From: a bacterium
GTDB taxonomy: Bacteria > JAHJDO01
Reading direction: 5' to 3'
NCBI GenBank assembly: GCA_043824255.1
Contig: JBDRTG010000011.1
Location: 1-59,999 of the forward strand
DNA length: 59,999 bases
Part shown: in pieces, positions 1 to 10,024 of the stretch
Position numbering within the stretch: position 1 is the stretch's first letter
Layout: every line of letters starts with the position of its first letter
Position numbers and translations under genes: made by a program
Notes under the pieces: model-generated
What the model was told of the DNA's origin: nothing
Seen by the model: only the letters and a program-made list of their open reading frames with translations
Database searches by the model: none

Positions 1-582
1 GCCTAATTTAGTTTTCAGTGTTCCCATATAGGTATAGATAATCTTATCAGATGGATTCACTGCTACATTGTAGTTTTGATAAACATTGCGCGGATTAAAA
101 AGCACTGCTTCATTCATGTCCTTAATGTTTATCCATGTTTCTAATTTTTTTCTAGGATAACAGTCAGTGCCATAGGCAGTAGCTACTAATTTTAAATCCT
201 TACCTGCTACCAAATCTTCAATCACATGACCTCCGCCATATTTGAATTCTCCAGGAAAAACCTTGTTTCGCGGATCATCATCAGGTATGGCAGTAGCTCC
301 GACATAAACATCCACAGCAGCAAAACCTGCATAAGCCGGTACATCATTCAGATATGTCCTGCCTCCTCCAAGTTTTATTTTTGGCTTGCTATGGCCAATG
401 TTAAAATATGCGCCGGATGAGCACATCGGACCAAAGGTTGCAGTAGTAACTACATCCACTTCTTTGGTCGCTTCAGCAACACCTTTTTTTTCAACAATGT
501 CGATAATTTCCTCGGCAGTAACTACTACAGCCTCTCCCTTTTTAATCTTTTCGTTAATTTCTTTAATTGTCTTTTTACTCAT
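1..582 (-). CDS. Homocysteine biosynthesis protein, DUF39 / L-aspartate semialdehyde sulfurtransferase family (3' end runs off window)
   Basis: Not in ORF track. Hand translation MSKKTIKEINEKIKKGEAVVVTAEE...DVVTTATFGPMCSSG...YGGGHVIEDL...GTDCYPRK...NPRNVYQNY matches the family; GGAGG RBS upstream. Confidence 0.9.
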   Translation of the reverse strand, partial: MSKKTIKEINEKIKKGEAVVVTAEEIIDIVEKKGVAEATKEVDVVTTATFGPMCSSGAYFNIGHSKPKIKLGGGRTYLNDVPAYAGFAAVDVYVGATAIPDDDPRNKVFPGEFKYGGGHVIEDLVAGKDLKLVATAYGTDCYPRKKLETWINIKDMNEAVLFNPRNVYQNYNVAVNPSDKIIYTYMGTLKTKLG

Positions 583-721
583 CAGTCTACCTCCCATAAT
601 AATTATTTTAAGCTTTAAGTGTTTTTAAATCAATCTGCTAATCTTCTTAAATTGCCCTTTAGGGGCTTGCCCATAATCCATAACATTATCGCCACCATCC
701 TTTCCAAGTCTTTTTCGTTTT

Positions 722-1648
<927 letters not shown>

Positions 1649-1679
1649 GACTTCCTCCTCTTTTCTTCAATCTCTTATA

Positions 1680-2465
1680 TTAAACCATCATCGCTTCTTT
1701 TGCAATCTCTGCAGCTTTTTCTCCCGAAAGAAGCATCCCGCCAAATGTTGGGCCCATTCTTGGGATACCAAAAACAGTTGAAACAGCCATTCCTGCAACA
1801 ATTAAGCCAGGATGAACTTCAGAAGTCTTCTCCACCACCATATCCTCGGATTTTTCTACCCACATTCCACCAAAGCCTTCAATCTTTAACAGATTTCTCT
1901 TTGCTAAAGCGTTAGCTATCACTGCATCATGACCAGTAGCATCGATTACCAGTTTTGACTCAAGAGCAATTGGGTCTACGCAGGTAATAGCCCTGGGTAG
2001 AGCAGAAACCGGTGTCCAATTGACGACTACTCCTGCAACTCGGTTATTTTCCCTTAAGACCACATCATCAAATTTGGTCATATTGAGAATTTTCACCCCT
2101 GCATCACAGGCACTGGCGATTAGCTTTGAACAGGCATGGGGACCACTAGCTAGATATAACCCCTCTTCCATCTTTTTGTAAGGAGCACCTATTTCATCAA
2201 GTACTTCATTCGCCGGCTCTCTGACAGTGATTCCATTCATCAGATAACCGCCTATCCAGAATCCACCGCCTAGATAATTATTTGCTTCTACTATCAAAAC
2301 CTTAAATCCATCTTTCGCTAACCGTCTACCAGCCATAAGACCGCTGGGGCCTGCGCCAACAATAATTACATCAGTTTTAACATTTTTAAGAAACTCCTCA
2401 CAGAAATCCTTTACAATAGCGCTGGTAACCTGATTCTCTGAGACCTTAGTAAATTTTCCCATCAT
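1680..2465 (-). CDS. thi4: Adenosine diphosphate thiazole synthase (Thi4 family)
   Basis: [40 protein letters not shown]; start moved to ATG after AAGGAG. Confidence 0.93.
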   Translation of the reverse strand: MMGKFTKVSENQVTSAIVKDFCEEFLKNVKTDVIIVGAGPSGLMAGRRLAKDGFKVLIVEANNYLGGGFWIGGYLMNGITVREPANEVLDEIGAPYKKMEEGLYLASGPHACSKLIASACDAGVKILNMTKFDDVVLRENNRVAGVVVNWTPVSALPRAITCVDPIALESKLVIDATGHDAVIANALAKRNLLKIEGFGGMWVEKSEDMVVEKTSEVHPGLIVAGMAVSTVFGIPRMGPTFGGMLLSGEKAAEIAKEAMMV

Positions 2466-2481
2466 TTTTCTCCTTTTGTTA

Positions 2482-2925
2482 CTAAATGTTGTATATGAGA
2501 GAGACTTTTCCCTTCTCCTTTTGCCTCTCAATCATGTTTTTTAGAGTTACTGAGTCTAAAGCCTGTGATATCTTTTCTCCCAATTCCTTCCAGACATCTC
2601 TTGTAACACAAGATTTAGTTTTCTGACAAACAGAAGGGGTATCAACGCATTCTACAGGGGACAACGACCCTTCTAGAGATTGAACTACGTCTTTTAGAGT
2701 TATCTTAGAAGGGTCTCTAGTCAAAGCATATCCTCCATGCGCTCCACGGCTTGAACTTATAAGTCCAGCGACTTTAAGCGTTGGAACAATATGTTCTAAA
2801 TATCCTTCAGATATCTCCTGGTTTTTAGCAATATCCTTAAGCAAAACAGTTCCTTTCTCATAGTGAAGGGCAAGTTCTAACATCAACCTTGTACCGTAGC
2901 GGCCTTTAGTAGAAATCCGCATCAT
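2482..2925 (-). CDS. Rrf2-family regulator (CymR/IscR-like)
   Basis: [22 protein letters not shown], three Cys (CV..C..SC), C-terminus LIYNI. Confidence 0.93.
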   Translation of the reverse strand: MMRISTKGRYGTRLMLELALHYEKGTVLLKDIAKNQEISEGYLEHIVPTLKVAGLISSSRGAHGGYALTRDPSKITLKDVVQSLEGSLSPVECVDTPSVCQKTKSCVTRDVWKELGEKISQALDSVTLKNMIERQKEKGKVSLIYNI

Positions 2926-2948
2926 AAGTTATTCTCCACTTAATTCAC

Positions 2949-3005
2949 TCCCTACTAATCTTATCATATTAGTAGGGATTATACCAAAATAAAAAAGCTT
3001 GTCAA
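2949..3005 (-). promoter_or_regulatory. Sigma70 promoter of the rrf2 operon with overlapping inverted-repeat operator
   Basis: TTGACA-N16-TATAAT with TG extension; TCCCTACTAAT-N8-ATTAGTAGGGA at 2949-2978 over the start site. Confidence 0.8.
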
Positions 3006-3826
3006 GAATTTTTTTTGCTATTTCCTTTTAGAATTTCATTCATACTACCTGTTCTATATCCTTCTAAATCAACTGTTACATAATTATAACCTAATTCCTT
3101 GAATTTAGTTATAATCTTATCCATTGCCTCTTCTTTTAATAATCTGGATATTTCATTTTTGCAAACTTCTATTCGTGCAATCTGATCATGGTGCCTTACT
3201 CTTACCTGGGTTATGCCAAATTTTTTTAAGAATGCCTCTGCTTTATCAACTTTGGCAAGATTTTCTTTGGTTATCTTCATTCCATAGGGAAAACGACTGG
3301 CAAGACAGGCAAAGGATGGTTTGTTAAATGTAGGCAATCCAAGTCGTTCCGATAAGCTCCGAATTTCATCCTTAGCAAGACCTGCCTCTTCAAGCGGGCT
3401 CCTTACACCCAATTCCCTCGCTGCTTTCATTCCCGGCCGAAAGTCCTTTGTGTCATCATAATTTGAACCATCTAAAACATAGTTTAACTTGTATTCTTTA
3501 GCTAATGTAATTAATTTGGAAAACAATTCTCTCTTACACCAATAACATCTGTTGGCAGAATTCTCTACAAATTTTTGATTAAAAAGCTCATCAGTTTTAA
3601 TGACTAAATGTCTCACCATTAATCTCTTTGCTATGGTTTTAGCCTCTTTTATTTCGCAGGCAGGATAAGTTAGGGAAGTTGCAGTGACAGCCACTACTTT
3701 ATCATCATCTAATACATCTTTGGCTACTCTAACCAAAAAAGTGCTATCCACACCCCCTGAATAGGCTATTAAGACACTCTCCATCTTAGCCAAAATTTTC
3801 TTTAACTGCAGTAATTTTTTATTCAT
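3002..3826 (-). CDS. larE: LarE-family ATP-dependent sulfur transferase
   Basis: PP-loop AYSGGVDS, RCYWCK, DFRPG, SFACLASRFPYG, QVRVRHH, GYRTGSMN. Confidence 0.9.
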   Translation of the reverse strand: MNKKLLQLKKILAKMESVLIAYSGGVDSTFLVRVAKDVLDDDKVVAVTATSLTYPACEIKEAKTIAKRLMVRHLVIKTDELFNQKFVENSANRCYWCKRELFSKLITLAKEYKLNYVLDGSNYDDTKDFRPGMKAARELGVRSPLEEAGLAKDEIRSLSERLGLPTFNKPSFACLASRFPYGMKITKENLAKVDKAEAFLKKFGITQVRVRHHDQIARIEVCKNEISRLLKEEAMDKIITKFKELGYNYVTVDLEGYRTGSMNEILKGNSKKNS

Positions 3827-3880
3827 TATAGAAAATATATCAAAGATTATCTCTTGTGTCGAGGCGAATAATGAGTTAAT

Positions 3881-3916
3881 TATATTCCAATTTGGCATAT
3901 TACAAAATGGAATATA
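3881..3916 (+). promoter_or_regulatory. Tandem palindromic operator (putative C-boxes)
   Basis: ATATTCCA-att-TGGcATAT overlapping ATATTaCA-aaa-TGGAATAT, just upstream of the XRE gene. Confidence 0.65.
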
Positions 3917-3933
3917 GTATAAAGGATATCATT

Positions 3934-4155
3934 ATGAAGAAAACTTTATATTCAAAAGAACATAAATATTTAGTTGAGCGGTTAAAGCAGGCTCGGAAAG
4001 AGGCTGGGATTGATCAAGGGCAGGTTGCTGATTTGTTAGATGTTTCTCAATCTTATATTTCTAAGGTAGAAGCTGGACAACGCCGCATTGATGTAATTCA
4101 ATTAAAGGAGTTTGCAAAGGCTTACAAGAAAAAAATAGATTTTTTCCTAAAGTAA
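3934..4155 (+). CDS. XRE-family HTH protein, putative R-M controller (C) protein
   Basis: LKQARKEAGIDQGQVADLLDVSQSYISKVEAGQRRID; 5 nt upstream of the endonuclease. Confidence 0.85.
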   Translation: MKKTLYSKEHKYLVERLKQARKEAGIDQGQVADLLDVSQSYISKVEAGQRRIDVIQLKEFAKAYKKKIDFFLK

Positions 4156-4160
4156 TTATT

Positions 4161-4859
4161 ATGAATTTAGACCAATTAGTTCAGAAAATATTTGATATAA
4201 AAAACAAAGGATTTATTAAAACTCGACGCCTACACGACACTGGCATCGGTAAGACCCTAGAAGATTTATTGGGAATACAAGAGAATAATCTTCGGTTACC
4301 TGATATAGGTGAGATAGAATTAAAAGCAAAAAGGATAGATTCTCAGAGTATGTTAACTATTGCTACCAAGTCACCAAACCCGAGAGGTGTGAATCGAGTT
4401 TTGTTCGAAAAATACAAGTATAAAGATAAAGAAAAGCATTATTGTTTGCATTCTACAGTTTATGGGTCTCGTTATAATCCGCAAGGATTTAGGGTGGTTC
4501 TTAATGATAGACTAGAGCTTAAAAATTCAGATAATATTGAAGCATATTGGCCAATAACAGTATTCGATGATGTTTTAAAATCAAAATCAGATAGGATATT
4601 ACTTGTTTTTGCTGAAACTGAAGGGAAAAGAAAAACTAAGAATGAAAAATTCCGTTTTGCTGAAGCTTATCTGTTGTCAAATCTAAACATTAATAAATTT
4701 AAGAAAGCAATAGAAGAAGATAAGCTAAAGATTGATATACGTATTGGAGCCTATAGAAGCGGATCAAAAAAAGGAAAATACCATGATCATGGAACTGGTT
4801 TTCGAATAAATAAAAGGGATTTTTTGCATCTTTATGATAACTTCCAACAACTTATCTAA
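4161..4859 (+). CDS. MvaI/BcnI-family restriction endonuclease
   Basis: GIGKTLEDLLGI.ENN...PD...IELK (PD-(D/E)xK) and C-terminal HDHGTGFRI. Confidence 0.88.
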   Translation: MNLDQLVQKIFDIKNKGFIKTRRLHDTGIGKTLEDLLGIQENNLRLPDIGEIELKAKRIDSQSMLTIATKSPNPRGVNRVLFEKYKYKDKEKHYCLHSTVYGSRYNPQGFRVVLNDRLELKNSDNIEAYWPITVFDDVLKSKSDRILLVFAETEGKRKTKNEKFRFAEAYLLSNLNINKFKKAIEEDKLKIDIRIGAYRSGSKKGKYHDHGTGFRINKRDFLHLYDNFQQLI

Positions 4860-6721
4860 CCATTTCTCAAAACAACAATGCTTTCCTTTGTCATTGTTTC
4901 TTCCAGTTTTCCTGCAATATTTGTAGGAGAATTTTTTGAAGGCATTCTTTTGCCGGGGATATTTCTAACAAAGATATCTTCACAGGTAAAACCAATTTTT
5001 TCGCATAATTCTGCGATGATGAAATCAGTCGGTATGCGTACCTGCTTTACTAATCGATTGCCGATGACTAGGCAAAAATATTTTTTTCTTTTCAATATCT
5101 CATAGGATTTCTTTAGACATTCATTTAAATCTATATAAAAGCTTAATACATCCCTTGCTCTCTTTTTATCCATTTCTTGAATTCTTTCTAAAGATTCCCT
5201 TAAGTGAGAAGATTCAAGAGAATGAAGCAGATTGCCAGTTGGTTTACCTCCCAATAATTTATTGTCAACGCCTGATGCAGTGTTTGGATCTTCAAAAAGG
5301 TCAATCCACTGAGCAGATAATCTTGAGAATTGTCCATATGCCACAGTTGTTCTGCTGTCGCCATAGGGCGGAGATGTTATAATGCAATCTATGGAATCGC
5401 TTTTTATTGTGCTGATTAGAGAAGTATCCTCATAGATGGGTTTAGTCCATGTATTTTTGTCAACTTCTTGATAGAACTTTCTCATCCCTTCAATATTTAA
5501 TTCGGTTTTTTTTCTAAAAATGTCAAGCACATTAGGATTGTGATTTTTCAGTTTATCAGCTTTTATTCGCACAAGTTTAAATTCCCCGTTCTTTGTATTT
5601 GAAGAAAGTCTAACTGCTTCGCTAAAGGAAACTAAAAAAAAGCTTTTAATCTTTTCATTTTTTGTATCATTAATAGCTTTTTTCAATTTTGCCAATTTCA
5701 AAACAACTTTCTCTTTAAACCAAAAGTCCACATTCATAAAGTCTGGCAGTACGATTTTATCGTTTTTTATATGGTCAAACCTATTAAGCAAATTGAAATA
5801 TTCTTTTGTAAGCGCAGATGGGTTTATTTCAGTTGTTTTTACTTTTGCTAAGAATATAGCAAATGGATTTAGATCAATTCCGTAAGCATTTCTACCTAGT
5901 AACCTACTCTCAACTAAAGCGGTTCCAGAGCCGCAAAAGATATCGCAGATAGTATCGCCTTTCCTGCTGTACGTCTCTATCAGACGTCTTGCGACTTGAG
6001 GGATGAACATTGCTGGATAACCGTGCAAACCATGAGTATAAGATTTTGTTTTTTCACCTCTATAATCCCATGAATAGTCAATGCGCCTTTTTAGTTTTAC
6101 GTCCTTATATTTATCTTTTTCTAAAAGAGGTTCTAGATTTCTAATTATCTTTACAACGATACCTCTAATTTCGACCTCTTGCCGATAAATTGGCAATAGC
6201 GTAAGATTTGCAGGTTGTAATCTGAATTGATTGTTTTCTCGGTAAAGTTTTTTTAATGTGGCTTCATTTTCATCGATTATCGCTACAACGGTTTGGCCAT
6301 TGTCAGCAGTTTCTTGTTTCTTGATAACAACTATATCGCCATCAAAAATGCCCTCTTCAGTCATGCTATCACCAGTAACGCGTAAGGCATAATATTTACC
6401 GGACCTGCTAATTTCATTTCTGGAAAGAGTGATTGTTTTATCGGATAGTTCAATTGCTTCAATTGGCTGACCGGCAGCAATAGTGCCGACTATGGGTATT
6501 TCGATAGATTGAGCGTTCTTTTTAGGAATCAATGCTCTGGGTTGATTATCTTCTTTGTGTAAGTAACCCATATTCTGAAGAGCTTGGACGTGATAGTGAG
6601 CAGTTGAAACGGAGGAAAGCAGTAAGTGTTTCTTGATTTCCTCAAGAGAGGGAGCATAGTCGTGCTTAGTGATATATTTTTTTATGTAATCTAATACTTG
6701 CTTTTGCCGTTTTGTGAGCAT
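4856..6721 (-). CDS. lexA: LexA repressor fused to an N4-cytosine DNA methyltransferase (621 aa)
   Basis: aa 1-195: LTKRQ, PSLEEI, IAAGQP, GDSM, ATLKK; then THGLHGYPAMF, DIFCGSGT, ITSPPY; no stop at the junction; GGAGG RBS before 6721. Confidence 0.92.
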   Translation of the reverse strand: MLTKRQKQVLDYIKKYITKHDYAPSLEEIKKHLLLSSVSTAHYHVQALQNMGYLHKEDNQPRALIPKKNAQSIEIPIVGTIAAGQPIEAIELSDKTITLSRNEISRSGKYYALRVTGDSMTEEGIFDGDIVVIKKQETADNGQTVVAIIDENEATLKKLYRENNQFRLQPANLTLLPIYRQEVEIRGIVVKIIRNLEPLLEKDKYKDVKLKRRIDYSWDYRGEKTKSYTHGLHGYPAMFIPQVARRLIETYSRKGDTICDIFCGSGTALVESRLLGRNAYGIDLNPFAIFLAKVKTTEINPSALTKEYFNLLNRFDHIKNDKIVLPDFMNVDFWFKEKVVLKLAKLKKAINDTKNEKIKSFFLVSFSEAVRLSSNTKNGEFKLVRIKADKLKNHNPNVLDIFRKKTELNIEGMRKFYQEVDKNTWTKPIYEDTSLISTIKSDSIDCIITSPPYGDSRTTVAYGQFSRLSAQWIDLFEDPNTASGVDNKLLGGKPTGNLLHSLESSHLRESLERIQEMDKKRARDVLSFYIDLNECLKKSYEILKRKKYFCLVIGNRLVKQVRIPTDFIIAELCEKIGFTCEDIFVRNIPGKRMPSKNSPTNIAGKLEETMTKESIVVLRNG

Positions 6722-6748
6722 TTCCACCTCCACAGAAAAGATCCTGAC

Positions 6749-6793
6749 TTTCGATTTATTTTCGATTATAGTACTGTTTACCAAAGGAGTCAA
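6749..6793 (-). promoter_or_regulatory. Sigma70 promoter of lexA-MTase with direct-repeat operator
   Basis: TTGACT-N17-TATAAT; TTTCGATT twice with an 11-bp period (6749, 6760), overlapping the -10 and start site. Confidence 0.78.
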
Positions 6794-6803
6794 TGAAAAT
6801 TTA

Positions 6804-7298
6804 ATGAATTTTAAAAAAGGGGATGTCGTGGAAAACATTGAGATATTAAAGGAGTTGTATAGAGAAGAAGTTGGCAAATTAATTAAAATGGATATCTATA
6901 AAATTGTGAAAAGATTGCAGGTTTTGCAACAGAAAGAGTATGTATTAGAACACTTAGATTTGCTTGATAAGGATTTAATTAAAGGATTGCCTAGTGCTAT
7001 ATGTAGCAAATTTGCGGATTTAAAAGGGAAAGATCAGATTACAAAATATATAGGTTTTTGGGATAATCTAAATCTACAAAAAAAATCTGAGCGGTTAATG
7101 GATGAGGAAGTAGACAAGCTAAGAGAAGAAAAAAGAGAAATAGGGTATGAAATAGAAGAAAAGGGGAATTCTGAAATCAGAAAGTATTATTACGTTTTCG
7201 CAAAGGCAAAAAGAATTGAATTAATTCTTAAAAAAGCAGGCGTTTTTGTAGAGTTAGATGAGAATAATAACATAAAGTGGATTTGTAAAAAATACTAG
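6804..7298 (+). CDS. Hypothetical protein (start 6804 or GTG 6828)
   Basis: Open, Lys/Glu-rich ORF with AAGGGG RBS; no clear family. Confidence 0.65.
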   Translation: MNFKKGDVVENIEILKELYREEVGKLIKMDIYKIVKRLQVLQQKEYVLEHLDLLDKDLIKGLPSAICSKFADLKGKDQITKYIGFWDNLNLQKKSERLMDEEVDKLREEKREIGYEIEEKGNSEIRKYYYVFAKAKRIELILKKAGVFVELDENNNIKWICKKY

Positions 7299-7375
7299 AT
7301 TCCCCGACCTTTTGAAACCAATCTTGAATTTTGCTAATATCAAATTGATTTATATGATTAAATCCACGGACATTA

Positions 7376-8356
7376 TTGAAAAATTTATATACCTTCATGC
7401 TTCCTAAATATCTAAAAACCTATAAATCCGGTCTTCTGGAAGAGAAAGTCAAGATAGCTCATGAAATTCTTTCCTCATGCACTCTCTGTCCTCGTAATTG
7501 CAGGGTCAATAGGCTAAAGGATGAGAAAGGATTTTGCAGATCTGGTAAAGATTTGATTGTCTCAAGAGCCGTGGCACATTTTGGGGAAGAGCCGCCAATA
7601 TCAGGAACAAGCGGTTCTGGGACAATATTTTTTTCAAATTGCAATCTTAAATGTATCTTTTGTCAGAATTATCAAATCAGCCAGCTGGGTATGGGGAATA
7701 AAGTAACAACAGAAGGACTTGCGGATATGATGCTCTCTCTTCAAAATAGAGGCGTTCATAATATAAACTGGGTTTCTCCCACTCACTTCCTGCCGCAAAT
7801 ACTTGAGGGATTATATGTGGCGATAGGGAAGGGATTGAAAATCCCTATTGTTTATAATACGGGAGGTTATGACTCTCTGGAAATCATTAAACTCCTTGAC
7901 GGTATAGTTGATATATACTTACCTGATATGAAGTATTCAGATAATCTAACAGCAGAGAAACTTTCTTCAGCACCTGATTACCCAAAGCACAACCAAGCTG
8001 CTATTGTGGAAATGTTTCGCCAGGTTGAAAACCTTAAAGTTGATAACAGTAAAGTAGCAGTAAGCGGTCTTTTAATAAGACATCTTATTCTGCCGGATGA
8101 TCTTGCCGGTAGTTACAATACGCTGTCTTTTTTAGCAAATGAAATTTCCAGGGATGTATTGATTGGGCTGATGAGTCAATATCATCCTTCGTACGTGGCA
8201 AATAAAGACAAAAGAGTAAATCGAAGAATTACAGGCAAAGAATATAAAAAAGTCATTAATTGGGCAGAAGAGCTAGGATTTAAGAACTACCTGATTCAAG
8301 GAATAGATAGTTCGGAATTGTTTCTGCCGGATTTTGAAAAAGACCAGCCGTTTTAA
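7376..8356 (+). CDS. Radical SAM protein, PflX-like (start possibly 7397)
   Basis: CTLCPRNC, HFGEEPPISG, CNLKCIFCQN, DIYLPDMKY. Confidence 0.9.
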   Translation: MKNLYTFMLPKYLKTYKSGLLEEKVKIAHEILSSCTLCPRNCRVNRLKDEKGFCRSGKDLIVSRAVAHFGEEPPISGTSGSGTIFFSNCNLKCIFCQNYQISQLGMGNKVTTEGLADMMLSLQNRGVHNINWVSPTHFLPQILEGLYVAIGKGLKIPIVYNTGGYDSLEIIKLLDGIVDIYLPDMKYSDNLTAEKLSSAPDYPKHNQAAIVEMFRQVENLKVDNSKVAVSGLLIRHLILPDDLAGSYNTLSFLANEISRDVLIGLMSQYHPSYVANKDKRVNRRITGKEYKKVINWAEELGFKNYLIQGIDSSELFLPDFEKDQPF

Positions 8357-8359
8357 TGT

Positions 8360-8560
8360 TCAAACAATTCTATTTAGATCCTCTAACAAACTTTTGGTAT
8401 CTATGCCATACATTTTGCAAACTTCGCCTATCTTTAACTTTTCCATTTCCATCTTTGCCATAGGGCAGTGCAAACACGGCAACTGATATTTAGAAAGCAT
8501 TTTTTCAGCACCATCAATCTTTAGTATATCCGATAATGTTGTATTTTCATTTACTCCCAT
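8360..8560 (-). CDS. DUF1858-like small redox protein
   Basis: LPCLHCP; C-terminal YGID..LL.DLN. Confidence 0.75.
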   Translation of the reverse strand: MGVNENTTLSDILKIDGAEKMLSKYQLPCLHCPMAKMEMEKLKIGEVCKMYGIDTKSLLEDLNRIV

Positions 8561-8635
8561 TTTTTTACTCCTCTGATAAATTGCTAATTATTTATTTATT
8601 TATTATGCCCTCGTAATTCCTTCCTTTTAAAGAAC

Positions 8636-8668
8636 AAAGGCAAGGGGTAAATAACCAACCTTGCCTTT
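8636..8668 (-). terminator. Intrinsic terminator closing the arsenic operon
   Basis: AAAGGCAAGG...CCTTGCCTTT stem followed by a T-rich tract on the minus strand. Confidence 0.7.
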
Positions 8669-8685
8669 ATATCTTTTTGCTTATA

Positions 8686-8844
8686 TTACGAACAGCATGA
8701 GCAGGAATCTTCTTTTTTAACCATCGGCTTTCCACAGCATTCTGGAACAGGCTGACATTCTTCAACTTCTACTATTTTGTCGCAGCAATTGTCAGCGCAC
8801 TTGTACTTTATCTTTTTCTTAGGCTTTGAACCGCAGCATCCCAT
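8686..8844 (-). CDS. 52-aa Cys-rich metal-binding protein (desulforedoxin/metallothionein-like)
   Basis: Not in ORF track. MGCCGSKPKKKIKYKCADNCCDKIVEVEECQPVPECCGKPMVKKEDSCSCCS; GGGGGTG RBS; lies between acr3 and the terminator. Confidence 0.85.
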   Translation of the reverse strand: MGCCGSKPKKKIKYKCADNCCDKIVEVEECQPVPECCGKPMVKKEDSCSCCS

Positions 8845-8885
8845 CTGACTCACCCCCTTTTGAACTCGTTACGGGCTTAATAATA

Positions 8886-9992
8886 TCACACTTTGACCGC
8901 TCTTTCAAACAAATGCCTAGTCCTTAAACACACCCTTACCAGCATAAGCATAACCGGCACTTCAATTAAAACACCTACAACAGTAGCTAAAGATGCTCCA
9001 GAAGATAAACCGAAAAGCATTGCTGAAGTGGCAATAGCTACTTCAAAATGATTGCTCGCTCCTATAAGAGCAGAAGGTGCTGCGTCTTTATAAGATAGCT
9101 TTAACCACTTTGCTATTGCATAGGTTAAGGCAAAGATTAGACATGTCTGAATAAAGAGAGGTATAGCTATCAAGAATATCAGTTGAGGCTGCTTAATAAT
9201 AAGTTCGCCCTTAAACGAGAATAAAAGGATAAGTGTAACAAGTAATGCCCCTATAGAGACAGGGGTTAGATAATGCAGGAATTTCTCCTCAAACCATTTA
9301 AACCCTTTCTTATCAATAATCCATTTTCTTGAATGATAACCAAAGAAAAGTGGCAATCCTACATAAGTTACAACTGATAATACAATTGTCTGCCATGGAA
9401 TAGGCATCTTATTAACTCCTAACAACCAACTCCCTAGAGGCGCGTAAAGAAATAGCATTGTCAAAGAGTTTATTGCTACCATAACAAGTGTGTGACCATC
9501 ATTGCCTTTTGACAAGTGTCCCCATATAAGAACCATTGCCGTACAAGGGGCTATACCCAAGAGAATGCATCCAGCAATATAAGATCTGTACAATTCGACC
9601 TGTGACCCACCTTTGATGATCTCCGTCCCTGGCAACCACCCTTTAAAAAATACTCCTAGAAATAGTGTTGCAATGGCAAGCATAGTGAAAGGTTTAATAC
9701 ACCAGTTAACAAATAAGGTAAGGATAACGGGCTTTGGAGTTTTTCCCGCTTTAATAACCTCAGCAAAATCAATCTTAACCATAATCGGATACATCATAAA
9801 GAATAGACATATTGCGATAGGAATTGATACCTGATAAATGGATATTTTATCTAATGTAACGGCAACATCCGGAAACATTTTTCCAAGCAGTATGCCTAAA
9901 CCAATACAGCCTATAACCCATACCGTCAGATATTTTTCAAAAATGTTAAGCCCTTTTTTATCTTTTGTCGCCACTTCAACATTTTGTGTCAT
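8886..9992 (-). CDS. acr3: Acr3 arsenite efflux transporter
   Basis: [51 protein letters not shown]. Confidence 0.95.
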   Translation of the reverse strand: MTQNVEVATKDKKGLNIFEKYLTVWVIGCIGLGILLGKMFPDVAVTLDKISIYQVSIPIAICLFFMMYPIMVKIDFAEVIKAGKTPKPVILTLFVNWCIKPFTMLAIATLFLGVFFKGWLPGTEIIKGGSQVELYRSYIAGCILLGIAPCTAMVLIWGHLSKGNDGHTLVMVAINSLTMLFLYAPLGSWLLGVNKMPIPWQTIVLSVVTYVGLPLFFGYHSRKWIIDKKGFKWFEEKFLHYLTPVSIGALLVTLILLFSFKGELIIKQPQLIFLIAIPLFIQTCLIFALTYAIAKWLKLSYKDAAPSALIGASNHFEVAIATSAMLFGLSSGASLATVVGVLIEVPVMLMLVRVCLRTRHLFERAVKV

Positions 9993-10024
9993 AATTGGAC
10001 CTCCATTAATAAAATGATCCTGTA

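Noticed and set aside
6722..6877. 52-aa N-terminal extension of the LexA-MTase ORF in the track
   Set aside because: It covers the promoter and RBS; LexA homology starts at ATG 6721
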